Origin: a virus
Taxonomy: Duplodnaviria; Caudoviricetes
Length of the DNA: 43,848 nucleotides
Direction: 5' to 3' (one strand)
Virus record (IMG/VR): IMGVR_UViG_3300032231_000006
Coordinates: 1 to 43,848 of that record
Shown: positions 8,550 through 18,220 of the stretch, in pieces
Position numbering within the stretch: the first letter of the stretch is position 1
Layout of the letters: each line of letters begins with the position of its first letter
Position numbers and translations under genes: made by a program
Notes under the pieces: generated by a model
The model's database searches: none
What the model was told of the DNA's origin: nothing
Seen by the model: the letters and a program-made list of their open reading frames with translations, nothing else

Positions 8550-10546
8550 CGCAGAATTACGAATTCCCACCCTACATGACGGACCAAAAACGGTGGATGG
8601 CGCGAACTGCAGGGACAAAGCTGCCTTATTCCCCTCTCGCGGAAATGCCTCGCGGAGTTAGCCCTGAAAAGTGGCGATACGGGTGGGATAACCCAAATGT
8701 GTGGGCTGGGTTCGATGAGGCGATGCTTTTTTCGGCGGAGTCTCCTAGTAATTACGATGGGTTGTGCTACGTCCTACACCCCGGAGGCGACGTTAGCGAA
8801 AAAGAGCGGCTAGTCTGCCTCGACTTCGATCACGCCATCGACGAGGATGGCACCTTAGACGGCGACGTCAGGGAGTTTATCGCCGGACTCGGCACGTTCG
8901 TGGAGATTAGCGTAAGTGGCCGGGGGGTTCACGCGTTCGTGCTGGTCACGACGAAGCCTTTCAAAAACGCACTCCAACGGCCATTCGGGGGGTGCAAAGT
9001 TGACATATTATGTTCTAGCCAAGTTGCCGTCACAGGTAACGTGCTAGGCGAGTATCGCGAGTTGGCCAGCGTATCGATGGACGTGATAGAGCAATTCTCA
9101 CTTAAAGAGCAAAAAGCAGTCGATGCGGACGTCGCGGAAGTGTGGAGTGAAGCTTTCGAGTCAAAGGGCTCTACAGATCATCTAGTCGAGCACATGGAGG
9201 ATTGGGAGCCGTGCTACAGATCGTCTAAGGGGTCTAATCTCGGTTCGGGCGGCGACGTGGAGATGTTCAGGGCCGCTTGCCACCTCGCACGTCATGGGGT
9301 TACAGGCGACGAGGCATTGCACCTACTTGCGTATGTTCCGGCAGACCCCCCGTTCAGTACCGACGAATTACGTCATAAAATAGAGTCGGCGTTTCGCTCG
9401 GTCCACGCGGATGAAGGCGAGTTCGGTAAGCAATCAGCCGAAGTGGAATTTGATGACATCCCCGGCGCGACCCCTCCGACGCTGCAAGATATCTACGGGT
9501 TTAATCCGATCAAGTTATCGGACCTGTCAGCTATGGAGTTTGACACCGGCTTCGCCGTGAAGGGTTTGCTGGTTGACAAAGAGGGGCTATTCATCGGAGG
9601 CCGCGAGAAATCATTCAAGACCGGCATAGCTGCGGACCTTGCCGTCTCGCTGGCAACAGGGGAGCCATTCCTAAATCAATTTGACATCCTATGCGAGCCG
9701 AAGCGTACGGCATTTTTCACCGCAGAGATCGGCGTACGCGCAGCGCAAGCTTTGTTCGGTCGGATCACGCGTTCGAAAGGCCTGAACCCCCGCGATATCG
9801 ATGACATTTTCATAATCGAGCGTTTGCCGACATTCCAGATCAACGCGCACACGAACAAGCCAGTCGATCCAGTAGGCTTGACGATGCTGAAACGTTTCTT
9901 CAGGGATCAACAACCGACCGTTGCGGTTTTTGACCCGCTGTATCTAGCGATGGCGGGTGCGCCTGTAGGGGACATGTACGCTATCGGAAACGTGCTGAAT
10001 TCTATTTCAGAGATCTGTAGGGAGTTCGACATCTGGCCGATTTTCTGCCATCACGCGAAAAAAGATTCAACGAAAGAATTCACCCCAATGGAGCTGACAG
10101 ACTTCTATGGGTCTGGTGTATCTGCATTCGCTCGCCAGTGGCTTTTGATGTCCCACGCCGAGCCATTCGCATCCGGCCAAGCAAGTCTATACATGAACGC
10201 TGGGGGCTCCGCAGCGGGTGATTGTGGACTATGGAGGACGGAGATATACGAAGGGCGAAGCGATGAGCTATTAGACCGCAGCTGGAGCGTAACGGTGACA
10301 GATGAGCGGGACGATGAGACCAGCACGTTGAGAGGCAAAGACGCGGTCCTCGACGCCCTCAAATACTACAATTCCCCCCAGACGCCCGCGTCCGTTGCTA
10401 TGATGGCGAAGCTAGACCAGCGGACAGCGCAAGACATACTTGTCGACCTAGTCAGAGAACGTAAAGTCACCACGACGGGTGGAAAATTCCAAATCGAAGT
10501 ACCACAATCAACAGACGAAGACGGAAGCACATCGCATGAATTCTAA
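8546..10546 (+). CDS. AEP primase-polymerase fused to AAA_25/RepA-like helicase
   Basis: CLDFDH and EISVSGRGVH (AEP); GGREKSFKT, VFDPL, HHAKK (helicase); TTGA coupling. Confidence 0.88.
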   Translation: MTQNYEFPPYMTDQKRWMARTAGTKLPYSPLAEMPRGVSPEKWRYGWDNPNVWAGFDEAMLFSAESPSNYDGLCYVLHPGGDVSEKERLVCLDFDHAIDEDGTLDGDVREFIAGLGTFVEISVSGRGVHAFVLVTTKPFKNALQRPFGGCKVDILCSSQVAVTGNVLGEYRELASVSMDVIEQFSLKEQKAVDADVAEVWSEAFESKGSTDHLVEHMEDWEPCYRSSKGSNLGSGGDVEMFRAACHLARHGVTGDEALHLLAYVPADPPFSTDELRHKIESAFRSVHADEGEFGKQSAEVEFDDIPGATPPTLQDIYGFNPIKLSDLSAMEFDTGFAVKGLLVDKEGLFIGGREKSFKTGIAADLAVSLATGEPFLNQFDILCEPKRTAFFTAEIGVRAAQALFGRITRSKGLNPRDIDDIFIIERLPTFQINAHTNKPVDPVGLTMLKRFFRDQQPTVAVFDPLYLAMAGAPVGDMYAIGNVLNSISEICREFDIWPIFCHHAKKDSTKEFTPMELTDFYGSGVSAFARQWLLMSHAEPFASGQASLYMNAGGSAAGDCGLWRTEIYEGRSDELLDRSWSVTVTDERDDETSTLRGKDAVLDALKYYNSPQTPASVAMMAKLDQRTAQDILVDLVRERKVTTTGGKFQIEVPQSTDEDGSTSHEF

Positions 10547-11783
10547 ACAAAACGAAACTAAGTTGAAAATGCAATCGTTGAAAGCTTTTTGCCGAAGCGA
10601 GCGGCAAACGGAATTACTCGAAGCGATCATATCAACGGGGTCGGTGACTAAGGCCGCGAAGGCAATTGGCTGCAATCACTCCACTGTATCGGCAAGCGTC
10701 AAACGTATCGAAAAGAATGCAGCTTTGCAAGGCTGGTCACCAGACCATGACCTCACAAAAGTCATCCCGGATTCGCACTACCTGAAAGGGGCGTCAACTT
10801 GCTACGATGGCGACGGGAATATAACCCAGCAGTGGATAAAGACCGACGCAAAGAAAATGGATTTGCTCCGCGACCTCCAGGACTTCGCGGAAGCGTTAGG
10901 GGAGAACGAGAAAGGCAAATTCAAGAAGGTAAAAAAACCAAGCGGCAAACTTGATTCTGAGCTGCTAACGGTCTATGCGCTTGCCGACCTTCACCTCGGA
11001 ATGCTTGCGTGGTCCCGTGAGACTCGCGAGGACTACGATCTGGCCATCGCTCGGGAGGCTTTACGGGTCGGCGCAGATCTGTTGATCGAGAAGACACCGA
11101 AAAGTGAAATGGCGATCATAGCCAATCTCGGGGATTTCTTCCACTTTGACAACGACACTTATCAGACGACGAGCGGTAACATCCTAGACACGGATGGCAG
11201 GTGGACTAAAGTAGTAGAGATCGGCGTTGACTGCCTGCTGTACTTCACTCGCCGGGCGCTGGAGAAGCACAAAACCGTCAAGATAATCAACTCGGTTGGT
11301 AACCACGACGGCCAGTCGGCTGCTATGCTACCTTTCATCTTGAAGCCTTATTTCGAAAACGAGCACCGCGTGATTGTGGAGGACGCACCCCGCGCACACC
11401 ACTATCATTTGTTCGGCGCTAACCTATTAGGGATGCACCACGGACATAGAACTCGCGCGAATCGGCTACCGATGACGATGGTGAACGACATGCTGACAAA
11501 CTCAGAGATAGACACAAGCGAAGTCGAGTTCATGCACTGGCTGACTGGTCATATCCATCACGAAACGAAAGAATATGACGGGTGTTTGGTTGAGAGTTTC
11601 CGCGCTCTGTGCGCAAAGGATTCGTATCACGCAGGTGGGGGATACCGCGCAGGCCGCGAGTTACAAGCGGTGACTTATCACAGAAAATTCGGCGAAGCGG
11701 GTCGCGATCGAGTATCATACAAGATGATACAGCACTTTTCAAAAAACCAGAGTATGAGACGATCAACAACGAGGAATCCCTAA
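10536..11783 (+). CDS. N-terminal HTH plus calcineurin-like metallophosphoesterase
   Basis: GSVTKAAKAIG HTH; ADLHLG, LGDFFH, GNHD, HHGH, GHIHH. Confidence 0.88.
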   Translation: MNSKQNETKLKMQSLKAFCRSERQTELLEAIISTGSVTKAAKAIGCNHSTVSASVKRIEKNAALQGWSPDHDLTKVIPDSHYLKGASTCYDGDGNITQQWIKTDAKKMDLLRDLQDFAEALGENEKGKFKKVKKPSGKLDSELLTVYALADLHLGMLAWSRETREDYDLAIAREALRVGADLLIEKTPKSEMAIIANLGDFFHFDNDTYQTTSGNILDTDGRWTKVVEIGVDCLLYFTRRALEKHKTVKIINSVGNHDGQSAAMLPFILKPYFENEHRVIVEDAPRAHHYHLFGANLLGMHHGHRTRANRLPMTMVNDMLTNSEIDTSEVEFMHWLTGHIHHETKEYDGCLVESFRALCAKDSYHAGGGYRAGRELQAVTYHRKFGEAGRDRVSYKMIQHFSKNQSMRRSTTRNP

Positions 11784-11784
11784 A

Positions 11785-12264
11785 ATGATTAAAATACTAT
11801 TCGGGCCGATTGCGTCTGGGAAGTCTACATACGCCCGAGATCAGGCGAAGGCAGGTGCGATCATAGTCAGCGATGACGCTATTGTTCTTGCCGTTCACGG
11901 AGGTGACTACTCGCTGTACGATCCCGCATTGAAGCCGCTATACAAAGGCACCGCGAACCAGATGGTGGCGTCTGCGGTGCTCGCGGGTCGAGACGTAGTG
12001 GTCGACTCGACAGGTGTGAGGAAGTCCACACGCGATCGATTCGCATTGCTCGCGAAATCGCTGGGGGTTGAAGCTAAGATCATCGCGTTCCGTTTAGGTG
12101 TTTTCGCGGGCGAGTTAGACGGTGAGAGAAGGTTCAACGCAGATCCCCGCGGATTGTCCGCCGAGCAGTGGAGGAACGTGGGGATTCGGCACATGCAAAC
12201 TGCTGAGCCATTGACGATCGACGAAGAGAGTATTACCCATTTCGTACCTTGGAGAACCGCGTGA
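11785..12264 (+). CDS. P-loop kinase (AAA_33 / polynucleotide kinase-like)
   Basis: GPIASGKST, SDDAI, VVVDST..R. Confidence 0.82.
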   Translation: MIKILFGPIASGKSTYARDQAKAGAIIVSDDAIVLAVHGGDYSLYDPALKPLYKGTANQMVASAVLAGRDVVVDSTGVRKSTRDRFALLAKSLGVEAKIIAFRLGVFAGELDGERRFNADPRGLSAEQWRNVGIRHMQTAEPLTIDEESITHFVPWRTA

Positions 12265-12266
12265 GA

Positions 12267-12626
12267 ATGACAAACGAAAATCGAAAATCAATTTACATTG
12301 CAGGGCCGATGCGGAATCTGCCCGAATTCAACTTCCCGGCGTTCATGGCGAAACAAGCAGAGCTCGAAGCGAAAGGGGACTTCGTGTTCAACCCAGCCGA
12401 GCGAGACATTGACGTCGGATTCGACCCCGCAGGTATGGAAGGGACGGAGGACTTGACAGAGCACGGGTTCAGTGTACGCGAGGCGTTGGCCGTGGATACG
12501 GAATTCATCTGCAAACACGCAACCCACGTACACATGCTACCGGGTTGGTCGAGGTCCACCGGAGCTACCGCAGAGCGGGCGTTAGCCATTGCGATCGGGA
12601 TCGAAGTGGAAGGGGCACCAGCTTGA
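12267..12626 (+). CDS. DUF4406 (nucleoside 2-deoxyribosyltransferase-like) protein
   Basis: IYIAGPM..NFPAF..FNPAE..LPGW..S.GA..E. Confidence 0.85.
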   Translation: MTNENRKSIYIAGPMRNLPEFNFPAFMAKQAELEAKGDFVFNPAERDIDVGFDPAGMEGTEDLTEHGFSVREALAVDTEFICKHATHVHMLPGWSRSTGATAERALAIAIGIEVEGAPA

Positions 12627-13348
12627 GATATCTTGGCAGCAAAAGGAGGTTAGCGAAACACATACTGCCTTTGTTTGACTTGTTCAAGAGCACCCGGACG
12701 TATGTTGAGCCGTTCGTCGGTGGATTCAACATGATGGATAAGGTGGTAAACGCACCAAGTCGGATAGCCAACGACGTGAATTACTATCTCATTGAACTAT
12801 TCAGAGCGGTTCAAAACGGGTGGAAGCCTCCGGACTTCGTCCCTTTTGAGCTGTACCAGGACATACGAAAGCACAAGGACAGATACGAACCTGAGCTTGT
12901 CGGGTTTGTGGGGTTTGGCTGCACGTTCGGCGGTAAGTGGTTTGGGGGATACGCCAGAGATAAAGAAGGCAATAACTACGCCGCGAGAGCGGTGGGGGCT
13001 CTGACCAAACAAGCACGTTTGATCCAAGGCGTAGACATAAGGTGCGGGTCCTATGCAGACCTCGAAATCCCGGAACACAGTTTGGTTTATTGCGACCCTC
13101 CTTACCTCGGCACAACTGGCTACAAATCGAAAATCGATCACAAAGATTTTTGGGACTGGGTTAGAGGATTCGACTGCAGGGACGTAGCGGTGCTGGTCAG
13201 CGAATACGCCGCACCCGATGGCTTTTTCTACCTTTTCCAAAAAACACAAAGGGTCGATGTCAATAAAGCTACAGCGAGAAATAAGCGAGAAAAAGTTTTC
13301 GTATCAGGTAAAACCTTAGACATGATATTGGGAGAGACAGATATATGA
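12623..13348 (+). CDS. Dam-like (D12 class) DNA adenine methyltransferase
   Basis: RYLGSK, YVEPFVGG, ND, YCDPPY; TTG start overlapping the upstream TGA. Confidence 0.9.
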   Translation: MRYLGSKRRLAKHILPLFDLFKSTRTYVEPFVGGFNMMDKVVNAPSRIANDVNYYLIELFRAVQNGWKPPDFVPFELYQDIRKHKDRYEPELVGFVGFGCTFGGKWFGGYARDKEGNNYAARAVGALTKQARLIQGVDIRCGSYADLEIPEHSLVYCDPPYLGTTGYKSKIDHKDFWDWVRGFDCRDVAVLVSEYAAPDGFFYLFQKTQRVDVNKATARNKREKVFVSGKTLDMILGETDI

Positions 13349-13890
13349 CTTACGCACCCCACTTGAGATGGGCACCCCAGACGACCCTCTTGATCCTCGG
13401 CCACGGACGTCACGGTAAAGACACAGTCGCAGAGATCATGCGAGATGATTTCGGACTACAGTATGAGTCGTCGTCATGGGCAGCTGCTGAAAGCGTTTGC
13501 CGACCTTACCTCGAAAAGAAAGGGCTGAGCTACCCAACACTGGAGGCGTGCTACGCCGACCGGCACAACTACCGCGAGCTGTGGCACCAAGCAATCGCCG
13601 AATACAACCGCGAGGACCCAGCGAAGCTCGCGCGGGATATAATCCGAAAAGGCCCCGTATACGTAGGGATGCGGAGCCATCGCGAGTACCGGGCGTCCAA
13701 ACATCTGTTTGGGTTGACGATTTGGGTTGACGCGTTCGGGAGGCAGCCGCCAGAATCCAAAGAATCTTTCAACATTGACAGGTCAGTTGCAGACGTCATA
13801 ATTGACAATAGCGAAATTGACCCCACAAACGAAATTTTACGGGAAAGGGTCCGAAGGCTGATGGTGGCCCTAGGATACAGGAAGCGATGA
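13345..13890 (+). CDS. Deoxynucleoside monophosphate kinase-like protein
   Basis: LLILGHGRHGKDTVAE, GMR..E, DVIIDN. Confidence 0.75.
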   Translation: MTYAPHLRWAPQTTLLILGHGRHGKDTVAEIMRDDFGLQYESSSWAAAESVCRPYLEKKGLSYPTLEACYADRHNYRELWHQAIAEYNREDPAKLARDIIRKGPVYVGMRSHREYRASKHLFGLTIWVDAFGRQPPESKESFNIDRSVADVIIDNSEIDPTNEILRERVRRLMVALGYRKR

Positions 13891-14546
13891 GCGACACAAG
13901 AGCTCGGGACGAATTCGTCAAGAAATACGCAACCTACGCCGAGAAATACGTAGACACTTTCGTGCGTCGGAAGCCGGAATACGTCAAGCAACTGCGGGGC
14001 GACATGTTATCTGAAGCCTACCTGCGGCTAGTTAAAGTTGCCGATAAGTTTTTCTTCGATGACGAGGGCGAGTCGATCTACGTCCGAAACTACGCGTACC
14101 TCGCTGTTCGAGCTGCGTGCTCTGACGTGCTGCGATCCGTCGTCAATATAGCGGGCGGGCGGGGTAGTAGCACCCGCGCAACTAGGGCCTCTGAAGACCT
14201 GCATTGTTCGTCCGGATCGATGCCAAGACACACAGTTGATAAAATTTCCGGGAAAAAACGGGACGCGATACCTCAAATCTGCGTATATATAGATTGCAGC
14301 AACTACGCAGCGGTGCAGATAGAATCGCAGGCAGCTAGGGAGCCTTTGCCGGACGACCTGCAAGGGCAAGTCGGCGATAAACGCGTAATCGACTGGAGTC
14401 AGCATTTTTCGGGCGAGAACTTAGAAGCGGTTGAGTCGTTGATCGAGTCGTACCGCACGCAGACGACCCGTGAAGATAGGGCCGCGCACGTCCGGCGATT
14501 GCGGAAAATCAAGCCGCTCATTCAAGAGATCGTCCATGGATCATAA
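13887..14546 (+). CDS. Sigma70 region 2-containing sigma-like factor
   Basis: DMLSEAYLRLVKVADKF..NYAYLAVRAACSDVLR resembles sigma regions 2.2-2.4. Confidence 0.7.
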   Translation: MSDTRARDEFVKKYATYAEKYVDTFVRRKPEYVKQLRGDMLSEAYLRLVKVADKFFFDDEGESIYVRNYAYLAVRAACSDVLRSVVNIAGGRGSSTRATRASEDLHCSSGSMPRHTVDKISGKKRDAIPQICVYIDCSNYAAVQIESQAAREPLPDDLQGQVGDKRVIDWSQHFSGENLEAVESLIESYRTQTTREDRAAHVRRLRKIKPLIQEIVHGS

Positions 14547-14874
14547 CAGGCCGTTATCCGAAACGCTCAGAGAAGTGTACAACGATATGGTCGAAGCTTA
14601 CGCGGATGCGAGGCTAAACGAGAATGTCGCCGGGCAAGAGCGGATCAGCAAGCACATTTCGAGTTTAACAAAACAAATCAAAGACCAAGAAATCCACGAG
14701 CGGCGAGTGGTGCCTGTCGACGAGGTCTGGAAATACAACGGCATTGTCGGCGACGTTCTGGGTTCGATCCTGAAGCGATTAGAGGGTGAGCCTCTAGACG
14801 CATCCGCTGCGATTATCGAGACACAGGCGCAACTTGAGATAGTGGCCAAATCAGAGTTGGGGGTTGAGCGATAA
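14536..14874 (+). CDS. Possible terminase small subunit (Nu1-like C-terminal part)
   Basis: Helical protein with E.RVVPVDEV motif; the genome has a GpA-type large subunit. Confidence 0.4.
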   Translation: MDHNRPLSETLREVYNDMVEAYADARLNENVAGQERISKHISSLTKQIKDQEIHERRVVPVDEVWKYNGIVGDVLGSILKRLEGEPLDASAAIIETQAQLEIVAKSELGVER

Positions 14875-15230
14875 TGAGCGCAGACGTAGCATACGCTGTA
14901 ACACGACGCAGGGGTGAGGCGGGTTCAATTACTCGCCGGACTGGGGAGGCCTCTGTAGACCCTGAGACGGGTGACGTCGCTGGCGTTACGTCTACGACCA
15001 CCGTGAGGTGGCTCGTGAAAGAACCGACCAAATACTCACGGATTGTGAGGGCGCAAGCTGCTCAACAAGATATCGGACAGACTACGTTTATTTTGTGGTC
15101 GAAGGATGTAACGTTCGCCAAGGTCGACAACGAGGATTTCGTGACATTCGGAGGGATCAATTATCACGTCAAGTCGTCGACGATCGAGAATGGGACTGCT
15201 TTCATTATCACAGCGGACGAGGTGGTCTAG
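14874..15230 (+). CDS. Head-closure / head-tail joining protein
   Basis: 118-aa beta-rich protein: ITRRTG..DPETG, DFVTFGGINYHVKS. Confidence 0.65.
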   Translation: MSADVAYAVTRRRGEAGSITRRTGEASVDPETGDVAGVTSTTTVRWLVKEPTKYSRIVRAQAAQQDIGQTTFILWSKDVTFAKVDNEDFVTFGGINYHVKSSTIENGTAFIITADEVV

Positions 15231-15667
15231 TGGCTCCGAAGGTGAGTGTAAGCGTGGACGTCAGAATTCCATCACCTGACCTCAAGGCTACGAAGCGACT
15301 AATCCACGACCACATGGTTGAATTCACGAGGGAGCAGTTGAAAACGTGGGTCTTGCACACAGTCGACCCTATCCCTGTTTGGTCTGGTGCGGCTCGCGCT
15401 TCTTTCCTTTTTCTGGCTGCTAAGGCTTTTACGTCGTTCAAGATAAACCCGGTCGTGGCGTCTAGAATCACGCTAGGGATCACGGAGGCTAAAGCCGAGG
15501 TGTTCCTTGAGCCAGGGAAGCGTTACGGGTGGGAGTGGGAAAGCGACCTCGAACACATAGGCATAGTGGAGGACCGAGTCGGGTTTGTGAAGGCAGGTTT
15601 CAACTCCATCAGAAATGCAAAAGTGAAGCTACCGCAACCAGCTGTAAAGTCGGTGAAGGGGGAATAA
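15230..15667 (+). CDS. HK97 gp10-like neck / tail completion protein
   Basis: IPVWSGAARASF resembles the TPVDTG.AR.SW motif; GTG overlaps the upstream stop. Confidence 0.6.
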   Translation: MAPKVSVSVDVRIPSPDLKATKRLIHDHMVEFTREQLKTWVLHTVDPIPVWSGAARASFLFLAAKAFTSFKINPVVASRITLGITEAKAEVFLEPGKRYGWEWESDLEHIGIVEDRVGFVKAGFNSIRNAKVKLPQPAVKSVKGE

Positions 15668-17140
15668 GTGGCGACTGAAAAAACGAAAGTTGAGTTCGAC
15701 GTATTGGGGGCTATAACCTCACTCGCGAAGCTGGAGAAGAAGTCAAGAGAGACAGGGAACGAGGTAAAAGGCGCGTTTGAGGCTGGGGGCGAAGGGACGA
15801 AATTTTTCGCGGAGGCGTTGGACGCAGTTGACCCCAAGTTGGCTACGTTCGTAGCCAGCGTGGGCACTGCAGGGGCGGGGGTTGCGCTCGCCGTCGGGTC
15901 TGTAGCCACGTTAGCCGCGAACTTACTAGGCGTCGCGGAATCACTCAGGGACGTTGACGCTACTTTCGAAGGTATCATCGAGCGATCGAAGGACGTGAAA
16001 GAATCACTCCAGTTGCGTGAGAATCTGTCTGGTGCCAAGGATGACTTTGACTTATCACTTCGGAGAGAAGAATTAGCCTTCAAACGCACTGAGCTCACGA
16101 AAACTAAGGCAGCTAACTCGGAGGCACAAAGAAGAGCTGAAGACCAACTAGAATTTGCGAAAGACACATTAGCGAAGGTCGACGAAGCCGAAAAGTCCGC
16201 AGCAAAAAATAGCCGATCAGCTGCCGAGAAGCTGCAAGATTTTCAGGACAAAAAGGTAGGGGACAACCAAGGCAACGCGTCAAAAAACATAGAAGAGGGC
16301 TTGAAAAGAGACGCCGAGCTTGCGGAGCAGAAACAAAAGGCGCTGAAAGGTCAAAAGTCGGAGGCCCAAAACCTCGTTGATGCGATGGAGACGCTTCTCG
16401 AAATTGAGAAGAATCGGGGGGTTGAGATACGTTCTAATTCGAAGCTGTTAGCAGAACAGCAACGTATAGTGTCGTTGGACGCTGGCCAAGGAAGGCAAGA
16501 AGGGAATGCTAGAAAAGCGGAGTTACTGTTTGAAGAGACTCGAAAAAACATCCAAGGGGGTGCGAAAAGCTTCGCCGAGCAAGGGACTCTAGGGAAGCTT
16601 AAAGATAATTTCTCAGCTGGCTTGAGGGGCGTACTAAGTCCTACGTCTCTCGGATCGATCCCCGGCGGTGCGAAAGCTTTGAGTGGTATTGAAAAAGCAT
16701 TTCAGGACGCGGTCATAGAGGTCTTTAGGGATGGAAAAGTTACGACGGGTGAAGTCGAGGGACTTGAGGAGCTCCGCACAAAGTTGAAAGATCAAATCGG
16801 GATCGTAAAAACGAAAATCGGCGAAGGTACAGGGAGTGACACCCTCACCGGACGCGTCGGGAGAATCGAAAAACTCGTTAACGAGCTTGCGGGGTTCACC
16901 AAGGCCGGGACACTCGCCGCAGGAGCTGGCCTAGGCCCGGACCAAGGGATAGCAACCGCGAGCCAATCGGTCCGCCAAAACCAAGCCGCACGAAACGCGG
17001 CCAGAGGCGACACCTCAGCTGCGGTAAATCAGACCATCAATCTAAACGTTGACGTCAAGGGTGGTATCATCGACGCGGACGTCGCGAAACAGATCGGCGA
17101 AATTGCGGCGACGGAGTTCCGAAAAGGGACAGCGAAATAG
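15668..17140 (+). CDS. Probable tape measure protein (short, 490 aa)
   Basis: Ala/Gly/Lys/Glu-rich helical protein, hydrophobic GAGVALAVG patch, C-terminal INLNVDV strand. Confidence 0.65.
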   Translation: MATEKTKVEFDVLGAITSLAKLEKKSRETGNEVKGAFEAGGEGTKFFAEALDAVDPKLATFVASVGTAGAGVALAVGSVATLAANLLGVAESLRDVDATFEGIIERSKDVKESLQLRENLSGAKDDFDLSLRREELAFKRTELTKTKAANSEAQRRAEDQLEFAKDTLAKVDEAEKSAAKNSRSAAEKLQDFQDKKVGDNQGNASKNIEEGLKRDAELAEQKQKALKGQKSEAQNLVDAMETLLEIEKNRGVEIRSNSKLLAEQQRIVSLDAGQGRQEGNARKAELLFEETRKNIQGGAKSFAEQGTLGKLKDNFSAGLRGVLSPTSLGSIPGGAKALSGIEKAFQDAVIEVFRDGKVTTGEVEGLEELRTKLKDQIGIVKTKIGEGTGSDTLTGRVGRIEKLVNELAGFTKAGTLAAGAGLGPDQGIATASQSVRQNQAARNAARGDTSAAVNQTINLNVDVKGGIIDADVAKQIGEIAATEFRKGTAK

Positions 17141-17145
17141 TCTAG

Positions 17146-17174
17146 TTGACACAACCGGAGCCGCCGGATATACT
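17146..17174 (+). promoter_or_regulatory. Near-consensus sigma70 promoter TTGACA-N17-TATACT
   Basis: -35 at 17146-17151 and -10 at 17169-17174, in the intergenic gap upstream of the holin. Confidence 0.8.
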
Positions 17175-17217
17175 GACACAAACCTTCTTTTCGAAACCCC
17201 ACTCAGGAAAAAATCAA

Positions 17218-17436
17218 ATGAGCAGATTTGGAAAAATCCTTCGCGGAACCGCGAAATCGAACACAATGCAATTCAATGGCGGTGCGATTGCATCGATCCT
17301 AGCACTCTTACAGTCGGATGGGGTCAAGGACCTGCTGGCCGCGAATCCGCAGTATTCGGCGTACGTCACAATTGCCGTTCTGGTCATGAACCTGTTTTTA
17401 CGCGCAAAAACCTCGACGCCCCTTTCCGAGCGGTAA
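17218..17436 (+). CDS. Holin-like small membrane protein (72 aa)
   Basis: KS.T.xFN start, two hydrophobic segments, C-terminal LR..T..PL typical of small phage holins. Confidence 0.7.
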   Translation: MSRFGKILRGTAKSNTMQFNGGAIASILALLQSDGVKDLLAANPQYSAYVTIAVLVMNLFLRAKTSTPLSER

Positions 17437-17482
17437 CCAACCACAAGGCTTTGACTCTTTTTCTAAACCACCCGGAGCCGCT

Positions 17483-18205
17483 ATGAATCTTAAAATCATC
17501 ACCCTATGCACAGCGTTCGCCTTGAGTGGATTGACGCATGGTCAACCCTCAGGAGGTCCCGGTGTGTTGGATAAGACTCCTCGGCAGGCCGAGCCAGTGG
17601 AGATCATCGACGTCAAACCAGGAATCGAGCTCAGCGCCCCGCTAACTTGCGAAGTCGGAGAGCTTGTTGAGTTTTCCGCGTTCGCGAGCAACGTCGATTC
17701 ACTCGTGTGGGAGATCATCCCGAAAACACCCGACTTCCGCGTGATGGCTAAATCGCGTGTCGCTTTTTTCAGCGCCCGGCCGTCGAGTAGCGGGGAGTCT
17801 TTCCGGCTTGTGCTTGCAGGCGCGAAAGGCGGGGAGGCTTTCCTCTTTCACCAAGTCATCACAGTGAAGGGTCCGACAGTAGCACCCAGTAAGATGCAAG
17901 CCGCTGTAAACTTGTGGGCGACGTTGGTGCCCAAAGCTGAAAACCGATCTGCGAAGCTTCGGGCTATGGCGGGCGTGTTCCGCCAACTCGCCGAGTCAGA
18001 GATCGAAGTCGATAAAATCCTCGACGCTACGGCTATTGCTAACTCCGCAGTGTTAAATGGCGACCTTGAGGTTTGGATTCCGTTTCTCGACGCAATGGGC
18101 ACAGAGATCGACCGACTCGGCGACGCCGGAGAGCTTGACACGCCGAGCCAGTACCGAAAAACGTGGCGAGAGATCGCCGACGCATTGGACATCCTCGCGT
18201 CATAA
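17483..18205 (+). CDS. Secreted protein: Sec signal, Ig/PKD-like beta domain, helical C-terminus
   Basis: MNLKIITLCTAFALSGLTHG signal; VGELVEFSA..LVW..LVLA..ITV beta-sandwich pattern. Confidence 0.65.
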   Translation: MNLKIITLCTAFALSGLTHGQPSGGPGVLDKTPRQAEPVEIIDVKPGIELSAPLTCEVGELVEFSAFASNVDSLVWEIIPKTPDFRVMAKSRVAFFSARPSSSGESFRLVLAGAKGGEAFLFHQVITVKGPTVAPSKMQAAVNLWATLVPKAENRSAKLRAMAGVFRQLAESEIEVDKILDATAIANSAVLNGDLEVWIPFLDAMGTEIDRLGDAGELDTPSQYRKTWREIADALDILAS

Positions 18206-18220
18206 CCGAAAGAGGGCCTT

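Noticed and set aside
15523-16167. Long antisense ORFs (also 5936..6487, 35316..35984, 39612..40463)
   Set aside because: They are shadows of well-supported plus-strand genes, with no motifs or RBS
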